From Candidatus Poribacteria bacterium (GTDB taxonomy: Bacteria > Poribacteria > WGA-4E > WGA-3G): DNA of 64,000 nucleotides. Positions 28,554 to 38,787 of the stretch are shown piece after piece (position 1 is the first letter of the stretch; every line of letters begins with the position of its first letter). Where the stretch lies: positions 1,728,133 to 1,792,132 of the forward strand of contig OZ244616.1 of the NCBI GenBank assembly GCA_965218285.1, read 5' to 3'. The notes below the pieces were generated by a model. That model was given only the letters and a program-made list of their open reading frames with translations, searched no databases and was not told where the DNA came from. The translations under genes were made by a program, and so were the position numbers.

Positions 28554-30155
28554 ATGAATTCACACAAAAGAAATTACGGGACTGTTGTTGGTCCACACCC
28601 TCGCACCGCAAAGGCAGGATTTGAAATGCTCCGTGCCGGTGGAAATGCTATAGATGCCGCCGTTGCAGCCGCCTTCACTGAGGGTGTCGTGGAACCTTCA
28701 CACAACGGCATTGCTGGCTACGGTGGTTGTGTGTTGATCTATCGTAAGAAAACACAAGATGTTGTGGCAATAGATTATAACACCGCAGCACCCGCTGCAG
28801 CTTCCGAAGACATGTTCACAATTGAGGATGCCCCCGACGTTGTCGCAGGATACCGAGTGCCGGGTCGCGTAAACGTTCACGGACCGCTATCTATCGGAGT
28901 CCCGGGCGTTGTCGCAGGTCTCTGTTTAACGTTGAAAGAATATGGCAGTCTTCCACTCGCGGATGTGCTACGTCCTGCGATCAATTCGGCACGTTACGGT
29001 TACGCACCGAACGGAGCAAATCGTGGCGGGATCTCCGGAAATGCAGAACGGTGGAAGCGTGACTTTCCAGAAACTGCGCGTGTTTTCCTCAAAGACGGAA
29101 GACCACCAAAAAAAGGTGAAACGCTCACTAATCCTGAACTTGCACGTACTCTTGAAGCTATTGCAGAGGGTGGACACACAGCATTCTACGAAGGCACTAT
29201 AGCTGAAACAATCGCTAACCACATTCAGGAATTAGGTGGATGTCTAACCGTTGATGACCTGAAAAGTTATCGTCCCTACATAACCCAACCTTATCAAATT
29301 CAATATCGCGACTATTCGGTGTATACTTCGCCCCTCGGTGCTGGTGGATTGACCACCTTACAGATGCTCCGCTTAGTTGAAAAATATAATATAGCCGAAA
29401 TGTCTGTCACACAGAGGTTCCATCTTTTTGCTGAAGCGATGAAAGTTTGTTGGGTCGAAAGGCTATGTCGATTCGGTGACCCGAATTTCGTTGACATAGA
29501 CATTGCTGCTGAGCTTTCAGATAGTTTTACAGAGATACTCAGTGGAAAACTGCAAGCTGGACTTGAATCCCCGCAACGTGGTGAGGTAGTCTATTACGAA
29601 CCGATGAGTTGTACGAGTCATATTTCTACAGCAGATGCGGATGGCAACATGGTATCATTGACACAAACGCACGGCGGCGGATTCGGTTTGATGGTCACGG
29701 TGCCTAGTACCGGACTGCTTTTTGGTCACGGTGTCGGTCGTTTCGATCCGAGACCGGGGTTGGCAAATTCTATCGGACCGGGCAAACGCCCGCTTCATAA
29801 TATGGGACCTTGTCTTGCTACGTTCGACGGCATGCCTTTTGCAACATACGGCATCCCCGGCGGTCGCACTATCCCAAACAATCAACTTAATATCAGCGTT
29901 AACCTCATTGACTTACAAGTGTCTGCGCAAGCAGCATTGGACGCACCACGTTTTCACAGCGATGGTGCCGAACCCATCCAAGTAGAATCACGAATAGGTG
30001 AAGAAACACTTGCTGGGTTGCGAGAACTCGGACATGAAATCTCAGCGAGCGGAGGTATCGGTGGACCCGGACACGCTATTCGCTTATGGAACGATGGAAC
30101 GTATCATGATGGTGGGACGGATCCACGCGGAGAAGGTAAAGTAATTTCAAGGTAA
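28554..30155 (+). CDS. ggt: Gamma-glutamyltranspeptidase
   Basis: GGNAIDAAVAAAF N-terminal block and the catalytic-Thr region TSHISTADADGNMVSLTQT. Confidence 0.9.
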   Translation: MNSHKRNYGTVVGPHPRTAKAGFEMLRAGGNAIDAAVAAAFTEGVVEPSHNGIAGYGGCVLIYRKKTQDVVAIDYNTAAPAAASEDMFTIEDAPDVVAGYRVPGRVNVHGPLSIGVPGVVAGLCLTLKEYGSLPLADVLRPAINSARYGYAPNGANRGGISGNAERWKRDFPETARVFLKDGRPPKKGETLTNPELARTLEAIAEGGHTAFYEGTIAETIANHIQELGGCLTVDDLKSYRPYITQPYQIQYRDYSVYTSPLGAGGLTTLQMLRLVEKYNIAEMSVTQRFHLFAEAMKVCWVERLCRFGDPNFVDIDIAAELSDSFTEILSGKLQAGLESPQRGEVVYYEPMSCTSHISTADADGNMVSLTQTHGGGFGLMVTVPSTGLLFGHGVGRFDPRPGLANSIGPGKRPLHNMGPCLATFDGMPFATYGIPGGRTIPNNQLNISVNLIDLQVSAQAALDAPRFHSDGAEPIQVESRIGEETLAGLRELGHEISASGGIGGPGHAIRLWNDGTYHDGGTDPRGEGKVISR

Positions 30156-30181
30156 CATTTTGGTCTGGTTTTTTGCCGCAT

Positions 30182-30214
30182 TCCCGGTAGGTTCGGTTTC
30201 CTAACCGAACCGGA
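30182..30214. repeat. REP-like hairpin variant cccggtaggttcggtttcctaaccgaaccggacc (likely also a terminator for ggt)
   Basis: Perfect stem immediately 3' of ggt. Confidence 0.55.
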
Positions 30215-30249
30215 CCGTTAAGATATAAATACCAATTCTGAAAAATAAA

Positions 30250-30356
30250 ATACCATTACGGAGATGTCCGACATTTTGAATGTCCGAGGCGCAATGAATT
30301 GCGCGACTACAAACGCGTTTTTTGTTAATGAGATGCTATCATTCAGAAATGGTATA
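30250..30356. repeat. MITE-like element, family 3 (copy 3)
   Basis: ataccattacgga ... core ... cagaaatggtat. Confidence 0.65.
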
Positions 30357-30396
30357 AGGTGTTCACACACAATATATTTCTTAAAACTGAATACCT

Positions 30397-31953
30397 CTAA
30401 TGTAAATGTTACTATAGTTTGGACAGTTTGAAGTTTTTTAGAGACAAAAAGCAGAAAAGAGGGTATCCTTTCAGTATATATATTTTTTTTTGAAAGGATA
30501 ATTGAAATGGACCCTCTTCTCCGCTTATATTCTATGTTATCAGAATATCAAGACCACTTCAAGTATAAAAACTTCGACCATTTTCGCACTTTTGTCTTGG
30601 GTTTGATAAATACCCCGCATCGTGGCACCATGACACAGATATATCTATCAACAGAACAATCAACAACCTATTGGCCTCTACCGAAGTTTCTCTCTCGTAG
30701 CGTATGGAGTGTTGATAAAGTCACATCAGTATTGACACAACAAGTTCAATCCGTTTTCAATAAAGGTGTCTATGTCTATGATGAAACCCATTCTACGAAT
30801 GATGGTCTTCAGCAATATGGCACGCATTTCTTCAGAAACACGCGGTATAACAAACGCAACAAGAACCAATCGAAGTTCCATCACGGACACGAGTTCGGTG
30901 CTATCGGTTGGCTCTGTGAAACACCACAAGGGGTGCGTCTGTTTCCGTTAGCGGCTCGGGTGATGTGTCCGGGCAAAAAACGGGATAGCAGTCTTGCGGT
31001 GCTCAAGCGTATCTGTGCTCAGATGCCTGCGGGTCTGATCGTATTTGACAGAGGCTTTAATAGACGCAAGGTGTTTACACAAATCCTTTCACAAGGACAC
31101 CACTTACTCTGTCGCACAAAGTCAAATGCTGTGTTCTTTTATATACCCAAGCCACCCAAGCAACAGGGACAAGGTAGACCGAAACGTTATGGCGGTCGTG
31201 TGCATCTACCCTATCTGCAGTATAGAGATATCATCGTGAAAAACAAGACCCTTTCTGTCGCAGACAAAATCGTGCGGACAAAAATGTGTCCGGTGGATGT
31301 GCGGCTCGTTGTGATACGCACACGCCCAAAGAAGTCTAAACCCTATCGCTATTTTTGTTTATTCACCTCCGACTTAGAACGTCCGGTAGCCGAGTTGATC
31401 CAACACTATAGAAATCGGTGGCAGATTGAAACCGCATTCCGAGATGTCAAACAGAACTTCGGTTTTGATACCTATCAACTCCGAAAACGCAAGAGTTTGA
31501 ACCGGTTTGCTCAACTCAGTTTTGTCGCAGCAACTCTCACACAACTCATTTTCACAAAGACAACGACCAACACAGCATCAGAAACGAATATAGACGATGT
31601 GCCTCTTGACTTAGAAGACGTGCTGCTTGCCCTAAATAGGCATTGGTATAAAGCCAAATATCTCACACGCGGGTTGATGACCGCTTATTTGCAACGATGT
31701 TTCCAACAACAATGTTTTTCTACGAGTTACGATACAAGACAAAACTCAAAGAAAAATCTAAAAATAGTTGAAGACTCTACATGAAAATGAGCAGATGGAC
31801 ATATTTGGACGATTATTTCAAAAATAATGGCTAAAGGACAGTGATTTCCAACAGAATTCAGAGATGCAAGAGTGTGGACAAACCATATTTAACTCCTGAT
31901 CGGAAGTCCTGACAGGATAAAACTGTCCAAACTATAGTAAATGTTAGAATGGA
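30397..31953 (+). mobile_element. IS4-family insertion sequence, about 1.56 kb, imperfect ~33-bp terminal inverted repeats
   Basis: Left end ctctaatgtaaatgttactatagtttggacagttt. Right end aaactgtccaaactatagtaaatgttagaatgg. A single transposase ORF lies inside. Confidence 0.75.
30507..31784 (+). CDS. IS4-family DDE transposase
   Basis: YRNRWQIETAFRDVKQ (Y-x2-R-x3-E-x6-K signature). Confidence 0.85.
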   Translation: MDPLLRLYSMLSEYQDHFKYKNFDHFRTFVLGLINTPHRGTMTQIYLSTEQSTTYWPLPKFLSRSVWSVDKVTSVLTQQVQSVFNKGVYVYDETHSTNDGLQQYGTHFFRNTRYNKRNKNQSKFHHGHEFGAIGWLCETPQGVRLFPLAARVMCPGKKRDSSLAVLKRICAQMPAGLIVFDRGFNRRKVFTQILSQGHHLLCRTKSNAVFFYIPKPPKQQGQGRPKRYGGRVHLPYLQYRDIIVKNKTLSVADKIVRTKMCPVDVRLVVIRTRPKKSKPYRYFCLFTSDLERPVAELIQHYRNRWQIETAFRDVKQNFGFDTYQLRKRKSLNRFAQLSFVAATLTQLIFTKTTTNTASETNIDDVPLDLEDVLLALNRHWYKAKYLTRGLMTAYLQRCFQQQCFSTSYDTRQNSKKNLKIVEDST

Positions 31954-31986
31954 TTAAAAATCTAATTCTTTGGAGTATCAACAGGT

Positions 31987-32322
31987 ATGTCACAATTTGT
32001 AAAAGCCGCGACAATCGAACAGATACGTCCTGGTACCTGTATTGGTGTCAAGGTTGAAGGTGTTTTTATCGGTATCTATAATGTTGAAGGCGAATATTTT
32101 GCCATGAATAATATCTGTCCACATCTAGGTGGGATTTTGACTTACGGTTTCATTGATAAGGGGTGTGTCACTTGCCCGATGCATATGTGGGAGTTTGATG
32201 TGAAGACAGGAAAATGTGTTTGGCCAGGTGAAGAAAGCCTACCCATCTACCCTATAAAAATTGAAGGTGAGGATATCCTCGTGAATGTGGACGAACCGAT
32301 GAATATGGATAAATCGCGGTAG
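31987..32322 (+). CDS. Rieske [2Fe-2S] domain protein (NirD-like small subunit)
   Basis: CPHLGG ... CPMHMW (CxH...CxxH). Confidence 0.8.
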   Translation: MSQFVKAATIEQIRPGTCIGVKVEGVFIGIYNVEGEYFAMNNICPHLGGILTYGFIDKGCVTCPMHMWEFDVKTGKCVWPGEESLPIYPIKIEGEDILVNVDEPMNMDKSR

Positions 32323-32379
32323 GTTGAAATACGATAGGCATGATTACATCATTGAGCCTATCACAAAGGAGAAAAAATT

Positions 32380-33333
32380 ATGGCATATCTGCTCACCGGT
32401 GGCATGGGATGCATCGGTACTTACGTCATCCGCGACCTGTTAGCTGCCGGTGAAAAAGTAGTTGTTTACGATTTTGCTTACGACCTCACTATTCCAAAGA
32501 TGGTGCTCACCGATGAGCAAATTGAGAGTTTAACTTTTGTGCAGGGGGACATTACCGACCTGCCGCACGTCTTACGCACCGTTCAAGAACAGGATATTGA
32601 TCGGATTATCCATCTCGCCTCGTGGCAGGTGCCTGCCTGCAATGCCAATCCCCCACAAGCTTTGAAGGTCGTTTGCGAAGGCACGATCAATATATTGGAA
32701 GCGGCACGTATTTTCAATCTCAAACGCGTCGTGTGGGCAAGTAGTGTCGCAGTATTCGGCGCACCAGAGGATTATAACCATCAACAGATTCTCAACGATG
32801 CCCCGCACTATCCCAAGTTTATCTACGGTGCATGCAAATCTCTCAACGAAAGATATGCCATGCACTATTTTGATGCTTACAGGGTCGACTCAATCGGACT
32901 TCGTTTTACTGCTGTCTACGGTGTGGGTAGAACGAGAGGGATGAGTTCGTTCACTACAAAAATGATTGAGGCTGTAGCGATAGGAGTACCGCATGTCTGT
33001 CCATTCGGAGATGATTCGGTGGACTGGCAGTATGTAGAGGATGTCTCGCGTTCGATCATAATGGCTTGCACATGTCCAACGACAAAGACGCGCGTTTTCA
33101 ATATCAAGGGTGGTATCCGACCGGTGAAAGAGGGTGTGGCGTATCTAAAAACTCTGGTACCGGATGCACAAATTACATTGGAACCTGGGGTATTCGGTAT
33201 CTCATGGGATTACGATGCAACGGCTATCGCTGAGGAGATGGGATTTACACCTGCCTATACGATGGAGCAAGGAATTCTGAAAACATATAATAAGTTTCGG
33301 GAACGTGCTGGATTAGCAAAAATATCGTTGTAA
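32380..33333 (+). CDS. NAD-dependent epimerase/dehydratase family protein
   Basis: Rossmann LTGGMGCIGTYV and YGACKSLNE (YxxxK). Confidence 0.85.
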   Translation: MAYLLTGGMGCIGTYVIRDLLAAGEKVVVYDFAYDLTIPKMVLTDEQIESLTFVQGDITDLPHVLRTVQEQDIDRIIHLASWQVPACNANPPQALKVVCEGTINILEAARIFNLKRVVWASSVAVFGAPEDYNHQQILNDAPHYPKFIYGACKSLNERYAMHYFDAYRVDSIGLRFTAVYGVGRTRGMSSFTTKMIEAVAIGVPHVCPFGDDSVDWQYVEDVSRSIIMACTCPTTKTRVFNIKGGIRPVKEGVAYLKTLVPDAQITLEPGVFGISWDYDATAIAEEMGFTPAYTMEQGILKTYNKFRERAGLAKISL

Positions 33334-33358
33334 GGGCAGAATAGATTCTGCCCTTCAA
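33334..33358. terminator. Hairpin between convergent genes (gggcagaat-ag-attctgccc)
   Basis: 9-bp stem. A T-rich tract follows on the minus strand only. Confidence 0.35.
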
Positions 33359-33388
33359 GTAAAAGAACGATTATGTTGTACTTTGAAA

Positions 33389-34129
33389 TTAGTAATACTT
33401 TTTCATTTGTGCCCAACTGACAGCTAACTTCCCGCGTGCATCAACAGCAAGCACCTGATCCCACGGAATATTTTCACCGCTTGCATCGGCTTGATGAACA
33501 TCATCAAAGTTCGGATGTCCCCAACCGCCGCTGCTTTTATCAACAACAACAAGTTGGACGGTTTTGCCTTTGAGATCGGAAACATCCCACTCTCGCCGGG
33601 TCATGGTTTCTGTTTCATTACCGGTCATTGTCAGTTCAACCTTGTCATTAATCACAAGATTGACACAACATGGCTCAGCAGTACCCCAAGCACGGTTGCC
33701 GCCGCCCATAAGAAAATTCATCGTTTCTCCGACAATTGTAAACTCAATTGAGGTCAAGGTGCCTTGAGGGAGATCCGGTTGACCGTTACCCGCAAGATCA
33801 CCAGCATCCTGCCCCAGTTTTGCTCCTTTATCCGGTCCTTGGTACTTTTCAGCTAATCCAAGCCACCAATCGCCTTGATGTTGAGAAGGCTGCCCACGGT
33901 CCCGTGCTGTTGGGTTATCTCCCCACGTCGGTTGAAAATCAAATGCGTCTCCTGTTTTCTCCTCCCAATCGGTGAGGTCGCCTGTCTCAAAATCATTGTT
34001 AAACGATCGCGCAAAGGCGAGATTGACAGGCAAAACAAACAGGATCGCAAGAACAGAGGGTATCATAACTGAGAAAAACATTCTTGTGATATTCCCATGA
34101 CTAAAGTCGTGGGCTTCTTGCTTCTTCAT
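33389..34129 (-). CDS. Secreted jelly-roll (LamG/DUF1080-like) protein
   Basis: Start at MKKQ preceded by AGGAGG, with a signal peptide. C-terminal tail GKLAVSWAQMKKYY. Confidence 0.4.
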   Translation of the reverse strand: MKKQEAHDFSHGNITRMFFSVMIPSVLAILFVLPVNLAFARSFNNDFETGDLTDWEEKTGDAFDFQPTWGDNPTARDRGQPSQHQGDWWLGLAEKYQGPDKGAKLGQDAGDLAGNGQPDLPQGTLTSIEFTIVGETMNFLMGGGNRAWGTAEPCCVNLVINDKVELTMTGNETETMTRREWDVSDLKGKTVQLVVVDKSSGGWGHPNFDDVHQADASGENIPWDQVLAVDARGKLAVSWAQMKKYY

Positions 34130-34141
34130 CCGATGCCTCCT

Positions 34142-34525
34142 CTTGTGGAGGTCTGACTTAGACTCCACAAGCGTTTATACTCTCCGCGTATCCCGCGGCG
34201 AGTTGATTATTAAGTGTCCACGTTGATAAGAAATTATCATTGTCTAAATTCGCTTTGAAATTAGATAACGCATGATTGTCCGCGAAACGTGCATAACCAC
34301 ATTGTTGAGCAAACCACGCACGCTGCTTTTTATTTGGATTTAACGCTATCTTGTGTGTTTTGAACATTATGATATACCGTTCTGACAGGATTCCGTTCCC
34401 TTATCAAAGGTGTAGTCCGTGTTGATGCCCGGACTACTGAACGGTCTAATTAGTATAACATAATTGCATATATAAAACAAGAACTTTAAACACTTTTTTG
34501 ACCCACAGCTAAAGCAGTGGGATTG
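34142..34525 (-). mobile_element. B-type IS200/IS605-related non-autonomous element (terminal hairpins conserved with 52638-52945)
   Basis: 5' hairpin cttgtggaggtctgacttagactccacaag and 3' hairpin gacccacagctaaagcagtgggattg. The interior encodes a TnpB N-terminal remnant. Confidence 0.5.
34158..34367 (-). pseudogene. TnpB (IS605 OrfB) N-terminal remnant, 69 codons
   Basis: HKIALNPNKKQRAWFAQQCGYARFADNHAL fits the TnpB N-terminal consensus (K-x-rL-P-x2-Q...G-x-aRf-x-N-x-aL). No RuvC or zinc-finger part remains. Confidence 0.5.
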
Positions 34526-34539
34526 TTAAGTACTCACTT

Positions 34540-34860
34540 TATCAAAATCTTCGGTGTGGAAACCCCTTGCTTTAGCAGGTGGAGGAAACACCGCTCTTTT
34601 TTTTAGATTAAAAACAGACTGTTTTTTCGGCACCTGTTTGTGGCCGATTTCTTTCGGTGTACTGCTTCGTTCAGTCCATCTCGCACCTTAGACTTAATAG
34701 ACCTGACACGGTTCCGTGAGAAAAGCAGGTAAAAACTCCGCAAAGCGGTATATGTTGCCCCATCCAGATCGCAAGAACCAAGAGGTGTGAGACTTGGGGA
34801 GCATCCTTAAGCAACGTCCCACCACAGAACGTTACCGTTTGACACACATTGTTAACCCTG
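34540..34860 (+). repeat. Diverged A-type structured repeat (block homology to 2205-2612), directly abutting the B-type element
   Basis: Shared blocks: atcaaaatcttcgg..ggaggaaa, tgcttcgttcag, gacctgacacg, gcggtatatgtt(t/g)cccc, gacttggggagcatcc. Confidence 0.5.
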
Positions 34861-35023
34861 CCTACTCAATATATAATATTAATAATACACTTTTGGCGTG
34901 CTTGTGTCAAGAAAATTCTGAGCTTCTTTAGGGACATTTAGTTTTCAGAAAATAGATATTTTCGGTTTACACTTCTTCTCTGTAGGAACGACCTTTCGGT
35001 TAAAATCGACAAAAAGCGTAAAA

Positions 35024-35641
35024 CTAAATAGCTCTTCCTGAAATAAACTGCCTTGCAAAAATGAATCCGATAACACACACAATTGCAGTCAGGGTGCGTC
35101 TTTCACTTTTGATAGCACGTGCCAAAGAAAAGTCGTGTTCAGATGGTGTTGAATAGGGATGAAATTGCGGTAGGAAGCGAGGCACCTGCTCTTGATAATT
35201 TTGATAAATCAATCCACAAGATTCCAACAGATACGTCTCTTCTACAGTAATGATGGGCAGATATTGAATTAAATATCCAATTATTAATATTGGAATCAAC
35301 CAAAGAACGTTGGCAACTATACAGACGCCGAAACTGAGCAGAAAGTTACCGAGATAGAGCGGGTTGCGAACATAACTATACGGACCTGTTGTAACAAGAT
35401 CGCGAGCTGCACCGAGCGTTGTGGCACGCGTAGAACCACCGGCATATCCAACTGCCCATATTCGGAGAAATTCTCCTAAAGCAATGAATAAAATACCTAT
35501 TGCTGCGGTGTACCAAGTTGGTTTTGCAAAAAAAAGCAATGCGAAAATAAACGGAACAGGGGTGAAACTGCGGATTTTGAAGAAGAAATTACCGAGTTTT
35601 GGGGAAATCATGATAGACGTTGATAACTGTGAGGACAACAT
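35024..35641 (-). CDS. Isoprenylcysteine carboxyl methyltransferase / phospholipid methyltransferase family membrane protein
   Basis: VTTGPYSYVRNPLYLG motif and multiple TM helices. Confidence 0.7.
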   Translation of the reverse strand: MLSSQLSTSIMISPKLGNFFFKIRSFTPVPFIFALLFFAKPTWYTAAIGILFIALGEFLRIWAVGYAGGSTRATTLGAARDLVTTGPYSYVRNPLYLGNFLLSFGVCIVANVLWLIPILIIGYLIQYLPIITVEETYLLESCGLIYQNYQEQVPRFLPQFHPYSTPSEHDFSLARAIKSERRTLTAIVCVIGFIFARQFISGRAI

Positions 35642-35698
35642 AAATCAGAACGAAGATGCGTGAGATAACTGAAATGTGAGAATTCGAACTTTAAATCT

Positions 35699-36760
35699 CT
35701 ATTTGGGTGTGCGCCATATTAGGATACTGCCCACAATACCATACAGTATGTTTGCTCCCCAACAGGCTACAAACGGATGAAGTTTGCCGTTCTCACTGAG
35801 TCCTTCAAGTGTTGCAAAGGAAAGTGCCCAATAGATAAAGACAAGGAAAAAAGCGATGACTAATCCCGCAAAAAATCCTGCTTTTCCGAAACGGATCGCA
35901 ATCGGTGCACCCAACATAACAACAACAACAGCTGCAAACGGATATGCCGTTTTATGGTGCAATTTCACGTGTTCAATCCGTGAAATTTGTCCTGCTTCCT
36001 TTTTATAGGCAATTTGTTCCTTAAGTTCCTTAATTGTCATCGCCCTCGGATCTTTGTCGCTACCAACGAAACGTGCGGGGTCTTCAGAACGTTCCATAGA
36101 TTTTTCTTTAAATGTCTCATAGGAGATCTCTATTTTACTCTCAAAGCGGCGGATATGTCCATTTTTCAACATCCAGTGTGTCGGTGTCCACGTGGCTTCC
36201 TTAGCGTAAATGATACGTTCTAATTCTCCGGATACATCTGATTCCCAGATAGTCAAACTACGAATATTTTGTTCTTTTAAGTCGACTCGATGTGAATAAA
36301 AGATACGATTATCTTTCCCTTTAAAAACGAGATGGTTTCCGAAGCGACGGGGGGTTTTTTTCTGCAAGAGATTTGCTTCATGGTAAGCAGGGGATGCGAT
36401 GCGGTTATAAAAAATGGCAAAAAACGCGCAAATTACCAAAGTTACAATCAGGACTGGAGCAAGGATTCTGTAAACACTTATTCCGCCAACTTTCATTGCA
36501 ACAAATTCGTTATTACGAACCATTCGACCAAGGACGAAAAAGATAGCAACAAAGCCAGATACCGGCACGATCTCCATTATCCGCCGAGGTGCTTGGTACA
36601 GAACAATCTTCACAGCGGTGAAATAAGTGATGCTGTCATCAAAATTTTTGATATCCTTATCTAATAAACGAACGATGACAACGAGTGCGCTAAAGAAAAA
36701 GAAGCCTATAAAAAAGGCTTTGATGTATTCTTTAATTAGATACCGGTCTAAAATATTCAA
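35699..36760 (-). CDS. LptF/LptG-family (YjgP/YjgQ) LPS export permease
   Basis: Six-TM permease architecture with a large periplasmic loop. Paired with the adjacent paralog. Confidence 0.75.
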   Translation of the reverse strand: MNILDRYLIKEYIKAFFIGFFFFSALVVIVRLLDKDIKNFDDSITYFTAVKIVLYQAPRRIMEIVPVSGFVAIFFVLGRMVRNNEFVAMKVGGISVYRILAPVLIVTLVICAFFAIFYNRIASPAYHEANLLQKKTPRRFGNHLVFKGKDNRIFYSHRVDLKEQNIRSLTIWESDVSGELERIIYAKEATWTPTHWMLKNGHIRRFESKIEISYETFKEKSMERSEDPARFVGSDKDPRAMTIKELKEQIAYKKEAGQISRIEHVKLHHKTAYPFAAVVVVMLGAPIAIRFGKAGFFAGLVIAFFLVFIYWALSFATLEGLSENGKLHPFVACWGANILYGIVGSILIWRTPK

Positions 36761-36783
36761 GCGACTATCCTATTTTCTACACA

Positions 36784-37986
36784 TTAAGATTCCGCGTTTC
36801 TATTGACAACCAGCGATATTTTGCGGTCTCTATTACGCCATGCCTTTAGTTTACCTTCACCAAACATCCTTGTAATGAGCACTATTCCAAGCACACCAAC
36901 AACAAGATTTGGAATCCACATAGCAAAGGCAGGGTGCACTGTGCCGCTTACGCCACTACTTTGTCCAATTTGAAGTAGAAGATAATATAGTAGTATCACA
37001 CCTAATCCAATACCAAATCCAATCATTCTTCCGTTCTTTTTCACCATAAATCCGAGCGGGATACCGATTAACCCAAACGCCAAGCAAGCAAACGGGAGAG
37101 CAAATTTTTTGTAGTATTCAACCTTAGCATAGCGAAGTCTATTAATCAAGAACTCAGAGGGTTTGTCTGGCTTCCAAGATGCAGTTAATTTTCCGATGTG
37201 TGTCTTAAGTTCCCCAATATGCATTGTTTGTGGATGCCGGGTATTATATTCGCGCCGTTGTAGGTCTTTATTGAAGTCGAGCACAAGTTGTTGTTCCTGA
37301 AATTGGGTAACTCTGAAACCTTCAGAACCATCAGTTTGGGGTTCATAGGTATGCCCATCGTAAAGCGTCAACTTAGCGTTACCATTTTCAAAACCGAGAC
37401 TTGCAGATTTCGCAAGAGTGAAACGCGGTTGTCCTGGAAAAATTTCGTCCCAGATTCTCACATTCTGAAGACGTTCTGTTTCTGGATCAGTGGATTCATA
37501 CATCCAGAGTTTACCTTCAGACTCAAGTTCCTTCATAACGGTGTCTTCTTCTAAAATGAGTGCTGGATTGTGTTTTTGGATATCGCGTTTAAGTGAGACA
37601 GAAGCGAGTGTGGCTTTTGGCAACACATATTCCATCACTGCAAGGTCAATTACACTTAAGATAACTGTTGCACATAAAAGGGGTATCATGAGTTGATGGT
37701 AACCGATGCCATGTGCCCGCATTGCCATTATCTCTGAATCCGTAGAGAGACGCCCTAATGCCAGAAGAATTGCGACCAACGCCGCCATCGGAATTGATAA
37801 AACAATCGTTGCTGGCATCACGTACATCAGTGATTCAATGAGGTAAAGAGGGCTAACCCCTTTTTTAACGAAAAGTTTGACAAGTCGAAAAAGTTCATCA
37901 AAAAGTATAATACAGGTAAAACAGATAAGAGCAATTAAAAATGGTGGAATGAACTCTTTAAGACAATAACGTGAAAGAATTTTCAT
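36784..37986 (-). CDS. LptF/LptG-family (YjgP/YjgQ) LPS export permease
   Basis: N-terminus MKILSRYCLKEFIPPF typical of LptF/G. Confidence 0.75.
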   Translation of the reverse strand: MKILSRYCLKEFIPPFLIALICFTCIILFDELFRLVKLFVKKGVSPLYLIESLMYVMPATIVLSIPMAALVAILLALGRLSTDSEIMAMRAHGIGYHQLMIPLLCATVILSVIDLAVMEYVLPKATLASVSLKRDIQKHNPALILEEDTVMKELESEGKLWMYESTDPETERLQNVRIWDEIFPGQPRFTLAKSASLGFENGNAKLTLYDGHTYEPQTDGSEGFRVTQFQEQQLVLDFNKDLQRREYNTRHPQTMHIGELKTHIGKLTASWKPDKPSEFLINRLRYAKVEYYKKFALPFACLAFGLIGIPLGFMVKKNGRMIGFGIGLGVILLYYLLLQIGQSSGVSGTVHPAFAMWIPNLVVGVLGIVLITRMFGEGKLKAWRNRDRKISLVVNRNAES

Positions 37987-38170
37987 ATTTTTTTGAATTC
38001 TACGGATATTTCAATAAATTCGACGCAATGATATATTAAAAGTAGATATTTGCATTTATCGTTAATCTTTGATTAGACTTATGCAAATTGACAGAAAACA
38101 TAAAGTCTTAATCTATTAGTTGCTATTTAGATGAAAATGTTTAATAAAATTTGCGTTTTTTAATTACAAA

Positions 38171-38671
38171 TTGTGTTGTGGACATGTTATCATGTTTATT
38201 ATGAACATTACACTGGAATCAATTCAGTTAACAATAGGGGACTTGTCAGAGTTTTCCGCACGTCTGAGTTCTACGCAAGAACTTTATTCTCCCACTGCCC
38301 CCGCGAAACCTATTGCGCAATTCGGTTGGCGCGATCGATGGTGGTTAAATCACGCGCCTGCTGAGCAAGTTGTGATAAATTACTGGTTCTTTCAATCAAA
38401 TGATGAGGCTTACACTGCAGCTCATGTGGGCCGTACTCGGTTGTCAGCGAAAACTGTGTCAAAATTCGGTGGACGCGAATCTATTTATCAGTCGGTACCC
38501 AAAGATCAGGTTGAACTTGGAGATTCAGTATGGCAGGCTGGAGCGAATTGGCTTTTCGTTCGAGATACCATCGTAGTTTTAGTCGCCGAAATCGGTGGGC
38601 AAGTTTCCACTGAGACAACACTTCAAATAGCACACAAAGTTCTCAATAAGATTGAAAACGTGCTTCAGTAG
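38171..38671 (+). CDS. Hypothetical protein
   Basis: 166-aa ORF. Start uncertain: MFIMNI or MNITLES are alternatives. Confidence 0.35.
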   Translation: MCCGHVIMFIMNITLESIQLTIGDLSEFSARLSSTQELYSPTAPAKPIAQFGWRDRWWLNHAPAEQVVINYWFFQSNDEAYTAAHVGRTRLSAKTVSKFGGRESIYQSVPKDQVELGDSVWQAGANWLFVRDTIVVLVAEIGGQVSTETTLQIAHKVLNKIENVLQ

Positions 38672-38787
38672 GACAGATTGATAGTGGTGCTATGTGTGAA
38701 TAGGTGCGCGCGTAAAAACCGCTATCCAATCACTGAGAACGCACTCACCCATCCATGGCAGGATCAATCCTTATTATTTACATACGA

